Assembly: GCA_043228905.1 (NCBI GenBank)
Contig: JBHGNT010000458.1
Coordinates: 1-24,393, forward strand
DNA: 24,393 nt
Source: Azolla caroliniana
Lineage: Eukaryota > Plantae > Polypodiophyta
Direction of reading: 5' to 3'
Position numbers and translations under genes: made by a program. The notes beneath the pieces were generated by a model. The model worked only from the letters and a program-made list of their open reading frames with translations, ran no database searches and was not told where the DNA came from. This document shows, piece after piece, positions 9,301 to 18,830 of this stretch; positions within the stretch are counted from its first letter, which is position 1; each line of letters starts with the position of its first letter.

Positions 9301-10164
9301 ATATTCCATGCTCGAACAAAGCACATAGAAGTGCATTATCACTTTGTCCATGAGTGGGTCCTAAGCGATGAAGTTGAACTTCGGTATGTTCACACGGATC
9401 GGTAGGTTGGCAACATCTTCACCAAGCCGCTCGGATTGGACAAGTTGCAACACTTTTCGGAGATGCTCGGCATTCAACATCTTGACGTGCTGCACTTGAA
9501 GGGGAGAACGGGAAATGAAACGGGTAATGGCACCGGACAAGGAGCCGGAGAGAAAGAGGAACGAACCAAGATAGGGGGAGATAAGAAGAAAAAGGAAGCT
9601 GAGTCGACTGGAAAAGTCGACACATCTGAACAAGTCAGAGCAAGTGGCAACGACGGCAGACTCAAGAAGGACAGAGCCGACCAGAAGAAGGCCAAGTCCC
9701 AGACGTGGTTCGATGTGCTGAAGAGCTTGAAAACGGAAGACGAGTTGGAGATTACCAACTCAAACAAGAGCCGGAACGAATCGGAGGAAATCGATTCAGA
9801 CAAGAGGTGGAACGAATCGGAGGAAGCCGATTCGGTTCAACAATTTGATTCGGAGGTGCTGGATCAACTAAAGGCCAAGCAGACGAGAAGGCAACAGAAG
9901 TCGACACCGATACAGAGGAACCGATGGGTTGACAAGCATCAGAGTCATAGCAGTGAAGGAACTGAGATGGGCCTACTGAGCAGACAAGCTGACCAAGGAG
10001 GTCGAGGAGCGTAGAACCGGACGGGTCACGGGAAGCGGAACTGGACCGGACGAGGAGCGCAAGTGAGGCGAGAGGACGCCAGAAGGAGTTGGACGGAAGA
10101 ACTGGCTACCACAGAAACTGACACCACAATCCAACCTCAAGTTGAGCTTGAGGAGGAGTGTTGA
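6389..10164 (+). pseudogene. pol: Copia B pol pseudogene (IN, RT, RNase H, charged C-terminal extension)
   Basis: Fragments VLHVPTITKNL, ICEACQLG, LDVWGP, FIDDYSR, KLDPKSEKCILVGY, WDLVD...YKARLV, YVDDL, GYTDADWAGD, RTKHIEVHYHF. Many stops and frameshifts. Confidence 0.92.
10150..10158 (+). promoter_or_regulatory. Polypurine tract of Copia B
   Basis: GAGGAGGAG immediately before TGTTGA. Confidence 0.75.
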
Positions 10165-10598
10165 GCGAGCAAGCTCAAGCGGATCTGGATCGGCTGAATA
10201 AGCCAGAGCCGGATTGGTATTCGGAACGGTGAACCAGATTGGTGTCCGGATGATATCCGGAACCAGGATCCGGATCGGATTGAAACCGGTAGGCCGTTAG
10301 AGGCCTACGGATCCATCCTAGTATGTAGGCATATTTTTGGGAGTCAGTGTTAGTCGCTCGTTTGAGCATTGAAGCACCTATCAGTACTTCTAGTAGTCCT
10401 TTATGGACTTGTATAAAAGTACTCTTTGAGCACATTCTATGTACATACGATTATTATTTTGAATTGAGTTTATGTTCTGTTCTCTCTGTCTCTCCCGTGT
10501 ATTCTCTGTGTAAGGTCTCCATTAAACCTTCTGCTCTATGTTATGTTGGTATCCGGTTGAGCTGGTTTGTCATATGCTTGAGCATATTAGCTTTAACA
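10159..10598 (+). repeat. 3' LTR of Copia B (~440 bp)
   Basis: TGTT...AACA termini, follows the PPT; distal half similar to the C LTR (TGTATAAAAGT, GAGCACAT, TCTCTCTGTCTCTCC, CCATTAAACCT). Confidence 0.8.
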
Positions 10599-10634
10599 AT
10601 TACTTAAATACATGTCATTTATTATGGTGAATAG

Positions 10635-11355
10635 GTCATCTATGGGAATATTCAAAAATTTGAACTTTGGTTTCTAACGTGGTGAAAACAACTTTGGTTG
10701 ATGCGATGGAAGGCAAGGTCACTTTGGTAGTGACAATAATTAGAAACAAGATTCAGGTAGCTATTTTTTTTCCAGTATGCTATAAATAACTTGTACATGA
10801 AAATGTGCTCAGCTAGGCATTACCTAGAACAAGTTGTTCAGCATGAACTCGAAATTGAGGGACCGTTGGATCCCCAATGGAAAATACAGCTACAGATGAA
10901 GATTAGGAGAATCTCAAAGTAGGTTAATTATTATTGTTTCTTGTTGTTCATTGTTCCTCATTAAGGAATGATAAATCGGTTAAATTTTTGGCTAAGTTTT
11001 AGGAACAATACACAAATCAAGAACAGGTAGTTGGTTGCCTTAAGAAGTAGCTAGAATTTGTGGAGAGGATGGTAAGGTGTAGACAAGAATTGGACTTCAA
11101 CATTCTTGCTCCCTTACCAAAAGTAGGAGAACTAGACAACAATATATTGACTGTTCAAGCACGTTGCATCGCTTGCGGCTTAGCCCTAGAGGACAGAACT
11201 GCTACCTGCTGGTACACCTACGAGCATGCCAACATACATACCATATCGCTTGTTTTGCATATGCCTATTGCCCTACTATAGTATGTTTGGGGAATTTCAA
11301 TACAACTCTCCCTGATGAGTGGAGAAAACAGATAGGTAAATTTGTAGCTAATTAG
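10635..11355 (+). pseudogene. Decayed, probably intron-containing gene fragment with a C-terminal RING-H2-like finger
   Basis: RCIACG (11162 onward) and, after a frameshift, LRACQHTYHIACF...C give a C-x2-C / C-x-H-x2-H-x2-C pattern. Upstream exon-like blocks are flanked by AG/GT and contain stops. Confidence 0.55.
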
Positions 11356-11393
11356 CTAAGCAATATAAAGTGTGGTAGCTAATTTGAAAAGAA

Positions 11394-11796
11394 TGGCGTG
11401 CGGAAGCAATATAGGAAAACCGAACAACATAAAATGCAGGTTTAATGGAAAGCTTAGGTTTTCACAGTACGCACAGGAGAGACAGAGAGAGAGTAACACA
11501 AGGACTTAAATTCGAAAATAATACTCAATCTGTACATAGGATGTGCTCAGTGAGCACTTTTATACAAGCCCTGACAATGGCTGACACAAGTACTGACAGT
11601 ACTTGACTGCTCATAAATGAGCCTCGACACTTACTCCCAAAACTATTCCTTACGAGGAATATCTTTCTAATGGCCTTTCAGTCTACGCACCGATACAGCC
11701 TTTCTACGCACCGGTCTGCGTACCGGTTTTATGCACCCAGTCTACGCACTAGTTACGCATCATATTACGCACAAATGTTGAGCTTGTCTCTCAACA
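11394..11796 (-). repeat. 3' LTR of Copia C (~400 bp; left boundary approximate)
   Basis: Begins TGTTGA after the PPT and ends ...GCTTCCGCACGCCA. Similar to LTR B in the distal half; TACGCAC repeats at 11682-11772. Confidence 0.72.
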
Positions 11797-14118
11797 CTCC
11801 CCCTTAAGCTCAACTTGAGGTTTCGCCTGCTCTGCCGGACCTACGCTCCGGCTTCTCCTAGCTCCACGCCTCACTCGCGCTCCTCGGCCTGTTCGACTCC
11901 GCGCGCTTCGACCCTTCTGGTCGGCTTGTCTGCTCCCACGACCCTTCACAAGTCCCTTGCTGTCGCGGTGTTGGCGCTTCTCCTGCTGTCTTCTTTTCCG
12001 CTTGGCCCTCAGTTGATTCAGTGTATCTGAATCAAACATCCGAACCGACTCGGCTACCTCCGATCGGTTTTCTCTCTCGTCCGAGTTGACTTCTCCAACT
12101 CGTCTCCGGTCTTCTCGCCCTTGACGGCATCATCTCCCCCATGCCTGGTTGGCTTTGGCTCTTTCTTTCGGCTACTCCCCTTGTGTCCGCTTTCGGACTC
12201 TTCCGCGGATCCACTCTCGGCTTCTTCAGCCGATCCGAGGTCTTTTCCGCTCCTTTCATGCTCCCTTTCGTGGTCATCTGGGACGTTTCTCCCCCTCAAG
12301 TTCGGCACGTCGAAGTGACGCAACCCAAGCGCACCCGAAAATTGTCGCAACTTGTCCAGACCTAGAGGCTTGGTGAAGATGTCGGCGATCTGCCGATCTG
12401 TCGGAACATATTGAAGTTCGACTTCACCAGAAAGGACACACTCACGGACAAAATGGTAGTGCACCTCAACGTGCTTGGTCCGTGCGTGGAAGACGGGGTT
12501 CTTCGTGAGTTGGATGCTGCGGAGGTTTTCGCAGTACATCGTCGTTGGATTAGACACCTCCACCTGCAGATTCTTAAGTAGCCGCTTCAACCATATGGCA
12601 ACATGCGTAGCCGCTTCAACCATATGGCTTCGCATGTTGCGACAACTGCCCCTCTATACTCGGCTTCGGTGCTCAACAGTGCAACTGTCGGCTGCTTCTT
12701 GCTACTCCACGCTATCGCGGCACTCCCAAGAGAGAACGCATACCCGGACGTGGATCGGCGATCGGCGACATTGCCGGCCCAGTCGGCATCGGTGTAGCCG
12801 ACCAACTGCGGGGCTGTATTGGTCCGATATAGCAGTCCGCGGTCCTTAGTGCCGCTTACGTACCGCAGTACGCGTTGTGCACACTGAAGATGCTCCTCGG
12901 TAGGTCGTGCCATGAACTGATTGATCACCCCGACCGGATAACTGAGATCGGGTCGGGTGATTGTCAAGTAGATAAGGCTTCCAACAACTTGTCCGAACCA
13001 TGTTGGATCGCAAACCTTGCTGGAATTAGGGCGAAGCTTGACAGTTCTATCCAGAGGAGTTGAGATGGACTTACACTCTGCCATCCCGAATTTGGAGAGC
13101 ATATTCAGCACGTAATGACGTGGGCTGATGAGTATGCCTTCGGGGGTACGGATCACTTCGATCCCGAGGAAGTAATGAAGGTCCCCCAGATCCTTCATGT
13201 CGAATGATGCCGCAAGCTGGAGCTTCACGCGGTTGATCTCACCTAGGTCGGCGCCGTGATGACCAAGTCATCAACATAGAGTAAAATACTGACCGGCCCG
13301 AGTCGACCTTTCCGAATGAACAACGAGGAGTTTGATTTTGACGTCGCAAAGCCCATCCGATGTAGCCGATGCGTGATTTTCGCATTCCAGGCACGCGGGG
13401 CTTGCTTCAGTCCATAAAGGGACTTCTTCAATCGGCATACTGCCGACATGTTCGGTTCGGAGTGAAATCCGGGGGGCTGTACCATGTACACTTGGTCCTC
13501 AAGCTCACCTTGCAAGAATGCATTCTTTACATCCATCTGATGTAGGTGCCACCCCTTGGCCGCAGCTACTGCGAGCAAAACACGGACGGTCGTCATCTTT
13601 GCAACCGGCGCGAACGTCTCATCGTAGTCGATGCCGTGTTTTTGCACGTAGCCTTTTGCCACTAACTGGGCCTTGTATCGGTTGACCGAGCCGTCGATGT
13701 TGTACTTGACCTTGTACAACCACCTATATCTGATCGGCTTCACACCCTTTGGTGCGTCAACCAGGTCCCAGGTCTCATTTTCCGCCAATGCGTGCATCTC
13801 TTCCTCCATCGCGGCGCGCCAATTCATGTCCTTCGCCGCTTCTGCGTAGCTCTCTGGCTCACGCACTTCCGCTACACGGGTCATGTATGCATAGTGATGC
13901 GCCATGTACTCGTTGTATCCGAACCAAACAATCAAGTTCTTTTGGCGGGTAGATCGGCGTAATCAGTCATTAGCCGATGTCGAGGTCTTCTCGGCCGACG
14001 CAGACTTCATTCCTGAAGGCCCATCACCGCTTTCCTCGAAGTCGGACTCGCGTCGGTCTGACTCGTTCCTATCTGTGCCGGAATCCGATACCTTCTTCTT
14101 CCCTTTCTCTTCGCGCGT
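11791..14118 (-). pseudogene. pol: Copia C pol, RT-RNase H-extension part, frameshifted
   Basis: ORFs 13243..13935 (HQMDVKNAFL, LYGLKQAPRAW, YVDDL), 12587..13228 (YTDADWAG), 12054..12635 (RTKHVEVHYHF, ADIFTK), 11791..12039 (ends VELKGEC*). Confidence 0.93.
11797..11805 (-). promoter_or_regulatory. Polypurine tract of Copia C
   Basis: AAGGGGGAG immediately before TGTTGA on the minus strand. Confidence 0.8.
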
Positions 14119-14578
14119 TGTCGTGAAGATCCGTCACTACGCGCGGATCGTGAGGCGGAACCGCCGGGGTTCTGGACCGGAAGGATTCAAAGTCGGTAAA
14201 AGCTTTGGCGCAAGCTTTAGCGAGAAAGTACTTAAGATAGATTGGGAAAGAGAGAAGTTGAGATTACACGATTGAGAGAGATTGATTGAACTTTTAACTT
14301 TAGATTTAAGAAACAAGTTACACGATCAATTTGATAACGAATTTCTTCCTCTTAATTTTCATAAAAAAAACTGTGTTTTTTCTCCTCCCCCTTCCCTCTT
14401 TTATAGAAGCTCTCATGCATATGATGCATGTGAGGGTACAAGACATGCATAAATTGCATGTTTGCCATTTGGCGCTTATGTATTACATGTGGTGCATGAT
14501 AACCATGTCACTCATTTTAGTTCTCATGTATGAGAATTTACATGTAAAAGTACAATGATAGAAATATAATTTCAACTA

Positions 14579-14650
14579 AATAGCATGGCTTAATGGTAAG
14601 TCAATTGACTCCTAACTTGGAGGTGCAAGGTTCGAATCCTTACTTATATG
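14579..14650 (+). ncRNA. tRNA-like Pol III module in the D 3' LTR
   Basis: A box TGGCTTAATGG at 14586-14596, CTCCTAA at the anticodon-loop position, B box GGTTCGAATCC at 14629-14639 within an AAGG/CCTT T-arm. Confidence 0.65.
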
Positions 14651-14679
14651 TATATATATTTATATATTTATTTATCTAG

Positions 14680-14880
14680 TCGCCGGACGCCGATTCACCG
14701 GATACCGTCGGTTACCGGTGCCTCGTCGGATGCCGCCGCCGGATGCCGTCGGATCACCGGCTCCATCGCCGGATTGCGGTGGGATCACCGGTTCCATCGC
14801 CGGATTGCGGTTGTATCACCGGTTCCATCGCCGGATTGCCGTCGGATGCCGCCGGATCACCGGCTCCATCGCCGGTCCGG
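14680..14880. repeat. GC-rich array, ~31-bp unit GGATCACCGGYTCCATCGCCGGATTGCGGTK
   Basis: About 4 copies plus degenerate subunits, directly visible. Confidence 0.85.
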
Positions 14881-15264
14881 TTTTGGTTGGCCAAAACCCT
14901 TTACGAGTAGCTAGCCCACCTCCACTCTTAGTTCAAGTTACCTTAAACTCTCTATGCTCCACACATAGACACAAAGATAATATCTTTTGCTCCACCTTAT
15001 ATATGATGAGAGCTATATTTGTCGTGCCTATGTGGGATATCTCACAATTTTCTCCTTTCCTTTTACAAACTTTATACCCTCATATCTTGACATTTAGTTG
15101 TCTGTTTCTCGTGTAATAAAGTGCATTCGAAACCTCCATCATTTTGTACTTAGATATTAAATCTATTTAAAATGTTATCTTCACAATTATTGTACTATGT
15201 GATTCATACTCGATTTCGTATGTTTTATGGGATTTTCACACTATTGCTGAAAATCTTCACGACA

Positions 15265-15276
15265 TCCACCCCCACC
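15265..15276 (-). promoter_or_regulatory. PPT-like tract of Gypsy D
   Basis: GGTGGGGGTGGA immediately before the 3' LTR; G-rich but interrupted by T. Confidence 0.65.
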
Positions 15277-15393
15277 AAACCGCACGTCCTCCGGTACGTG
15301 CCAAGAAGAGAAGAAGGGAGATTTCGGCTACGATGATCAATTAGATTCCTCCATGTCTTCATTTTCATCCGGCCTATTATGTTCATTGTCGAG

Positions 15394-18300
15394 TTAATCG
15401 AGGTCAGGATCCTTGTGTTGTCTTTTCTTGAAAATCTTTACTCTTTTTCCCGCAATGGGTACGGTCAACCTTGATCTATCTAGTTCCGCAAGGTGGTATG
15501 TGGCATTATCGTTGGCACTTGTCACCACATACGGCCCGAACCATCTTCTTGCGAACTTCCTTGTTGTACTGTGTTGATTGTCAAGGGTGCTATCGTAAAC
15601 CAAAACCCAATCCCCTTCTTCAATCTTCTTGGGACGAAGTCGATGCGTGTTGTCGAACCGAACTTTGTTCTTTACTCGGGCTGCCTTCATCATCTTTCGC
15701 GCTTTTTCTAAATCTTCAGGTCTTCTTTCAAGTTGCCTTATTCGCGCCGCTAATAACTCTTCTCGGTTCATCTCGTTCTCCCACGGTATCGCTACCCATG
15801 AGGCGATCGTCCTTTCGATGGGCATAATCAGCTTTTGTCCATACATAAGCTCCGTCGGCATATACCCTGTCACCGAGCTATGTGTCATTCTATCGGCCCA
15901 CAAGGCATAGGGTAATAGTCGTGGCCAATTCCCGACTCGACCGTTGCATGCCCGTACGATGGCTTTAACGATAGGTCCATGCCCTCGCTCGATCTTCCCA
16001 TTTGCTTCCGGATTGTAGGCAATCGTGAGGGAGAGCTTCACGCCTAGTCTTTCGAAGAGCTCCGTCGCTTCGTGCGCGTCCAACTCCCCTCGGTCGGCCA
16101 CTATCTTCCCTACACATCCATATCGGCAAACAACATCTTCAAGTAAAAATTTACAAACGGCTGAAGTCGTCTTATTTGTCAAGGCTCGTCCTTCCACTTG
16201 ATTTGTCAAGTCTTCCCTTGCCAGCGCTAAGTACTTCATTTGTCCCACTCCCATTGGCATCGAGACCAGATCCACCATCCATTTGAAGTGAATGGTGAGT
16301 GGGTATGTCGGCTTTAACTCATCACGATGACGTATATTTGAATATATTTGGCAAGTTTCACATGTGGACACGAAATGGAGTACATCTTTGTACATGCTTG
16401 GTCACCAGTACTTCTCCTTCAATTTTTCGAACGTCGCCCATGTTCCTCTATGACCTGCCCAAGCACTCTCGTGGAATTCGGTCATCAACGTCTCTTGCTC
16501 TTCTTTCTTTACCACCACTCGACGTGGTATTCCTGTCCTTCTTTTTGGATGTCGCCAAAGGAATCCTCCCTTCAAGAAGTATCGGTAAGCTTTCTTTCGG
16601 ATTCGTAGGGCCTCCTCCTTTGTCAACGAAGCATCTGTCGTCAATGTTCTTAGGAATCTACCGATGAGTAACCATTCTCCTTCGTACTCGTTCTCGTTGA
16701 AGGCGTGGAGGGTTTGCGTGTCCTGGTCTTCCGCCGAAATCGAGCCATCTTGAAGAAGTCGAGGGTGACATCTTCATCTTCCGAAACCATGTTACTTCCA
16801 TTTGAAAATCTTGCCCTCGACAGCATGTCAGCCATGGCGTTCTTCTTCCCTGCGATGTGACGGATCTCTGGGTTTAAAGACTTGATGTAGGCGATCCACC
16901 TTAGCATAGCAAGATCTGGGGTCGCACATCCCGAGACCATTCCGAGAATTGGGAGACAATCTGTCTCTATTATCACTTTTGACCCGATCAAGTAATCTTT
17001 GTCCGTCTTCACTGCCGACACAATACCCCAAAGTTCCCTCTTGACTTGGGCATATCTTTGTTGCCGTTCGCTGAGAACCTTTGCTCCGAACCGGACGGCA
17101 TATCGCGCATTATCTTCACCTTCTTGATTGATGACCCACCCGATTCCGGTTGGGCTCGTATCTATGGTCACGTAAATTGGTTTCCCGTCGGCATAGTCGG
17201 CCTTCCTTAGTGCCGGAGCTTCAAGAAGCAATTTCTTTAATCTTCGCATCGCCTCTGTGTGCTCGTCTCGCCATTCGAACTTTATTCTTTTCTTTAGTAA
17301 TCCATATAACGGTTCGGCGACATGAGCGTAGTGAGGAATCCATATATGATAAAATGCGCACGCTCCAAGGAACCTTCGAACCTCCGTTTGGTTTTCGCAT
17401 TCTTCTTTCATGTCTTGGATTGCGTTCACTTTGGATGGCGAGGGCTTCCGGCCGTATGCTCCACACAAGTGACCTACCACCAAGATCTCCGGTTGCCCGA
17501 ATGCGGATTTTTCTCCCGAAAATGTCAAATTCGCATCTTCGAGCCTTTGAAGCACCTTCTCGCAATCTTTCATATGATCCGCAACGAACTTCCTACAACC
17601 TTCCTTATCTTTAGATTCATCTTTCTCCTCATCCGAACATCCTTTTATCGGAATATCATCCAAGAATGGCATCGTGATGTCCGGAATGCAATCCTTCAAG
17701 ACTTTATTCATGGCATTCACCATATGAGCCACCGAGTTCGTTGCGCCTTGGGGTAAGGTACACATCCGCAGAAGCCCGATCGGAGTCCTCATGGTTGTAA
17801 TGTCCCGACTGTCGATCGCCAATTGGAATTGGTCATATCCGGAGTAGAGATCGCCAATGGAGTAGATGGACCGGCCCGCAAACGCTTCGGCAAATTCGTC
17901 CACGCTCGGACCGATTCCGGCATTTCGAATTGTCACCTTGTTGACGGGTTGAAGATCTTGGATGAATCGCAATGATCCATTCTTCTTCGGCACCGTGAAC
18001 CACCTATTGGAATAAGGAGCATTCGACGGTTCTAGAATTCCCATACTCACCTTCTCCTTTAAGAGCTCTATCAGCTTCGGAAGGTGTGCTCTCGGAACCG
18101 GTATTGGTTTCAAATTCCAAGGCACATGAGGCACCGTGAAGATCACCATCGGCTCTATAACCTTTGGGTTGGCGCATCCGATTTCTCGTGCGAAGAATGC
18201 GAAAACCTTCCCATGTCTCTCAAGCATATCGCGAAACATTCGCTCCTCTTCAGGGAGAAGGAAATCCTCCTTTCCAACTCGTAGCTTCCCCTTCGTCTCT

Positions 18301-18830
18301 TTGGTGAAGTCATGACCTATCTTCTTCGGATCTCTTAAGCTTGGATCGTTAGCGACTTCCTTCATCTTTTGCCAGCTATCTTCCGGTAGCGGAACCGCAA
18401 CTGGCTTGATCTTCTTATCCACCGTTTTATATTTCGTGTTGATGTCAGCTTCCTTCATCGAGATGCCACGACGGTATTCATCGATGATAGCGTACATGTT
18501 GACGGAGTTAACCGAAATCACGCGTTGGTTGTGAAGATAGCTCAAGTCCACGACGTCCTCGATTTCGCCGATGGTGTCGTTAAATGAGGCTTCTTCCATA
18601 ATATGAGTCACGAACTCTCCTTCTTCTATTATGTTCTCTTCTTTCAGCATCTTCTCGAATTCTTGTATCCGGCGCTTGTGCTTCCTATCGGGTAGTACTA
18701 GTTTACATGCGCCACTAGGTGTGACACATGTTGCTTCTCCTTGCAATCCACGCACTCTTCTTTCTTGTGGGGTCTTGTGATTGCTCGGACTATTTGTGCC
18801 CCATGCTTCAATAGTCCGCTCTAAAAATCC
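15394..18830 (-). pseudogene. pol: Gypsy D pol (RT-RNase H-IN), disabled
   Basis: ORFs 16650..18755 (PFLDD, IDTSPTG), 16402..16644 and 15394..16395 (IN core, WFGPY). Frameshift near 16730 and an in-frame TGA at 16402-16404 where A has Trp. Confidence 0.92.
18768..18830 (-). promoter_or_regulatory. Putative -1 frameshift signal of element D
   Basis: GGATTTT, TAG, AG, then stem CGGACTATT/AATAGTCCG; loop TGGGG is complementary to downstream CCCCA. Pol is in the -1 frame. Confidence 0.75.

Larger units (their letters stand above)
6389..10598 (+). mobile_element. Ty1/Copia LTR retrotransposon B, 3' part, decayed
   Basis: Order GAG-pre-integrase, IN, RT, RNase H, PPT, LTR. Homologous to element C. 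Confidence 0.93.
14119..15264 (-). repeat. 3' LTR of Gypsy D (1146 bp)
   Basis: Direct repeat of 21087-22149; 12-bp terminal inverted repeat TGTCGTGAAGAT/ATCTTCACGACA. Confidence 0.97.

Noticed and set aside
14579-14650. A genuine tRNA gene, or a self-encoded primer for reverse transcription
   Set aside because: Acceptor and anticodon stems do not pair, and its 3' part does not match the tRNA-Trp-type PBS.
14680-14880. CRISPR-like array (also 6226-6308)
   Set aside because: Head-to-tail degenerate tandem units with no unique spacers, in a eukaryotic LTR context.
14331-15116. LTR-encoded ORFs (75, 88 and 132 aa)
   Set aside because: Products of AT-rich, CATG-rich and GC repeat sequence; duplicated only because the LTR is duplicated, with no counterpart in LTR A.
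15277-15393. env-like gene or chromodomain after integrase in D
   Set aside because: Only ~120 bp lie between the pol stop and the PPT; there is no room and no motif.
16402-16740. Programmed readthrough or second frameshift within D pol
   Set aside because: A is continuous in frame across the same region, so these are inactivating mutations.
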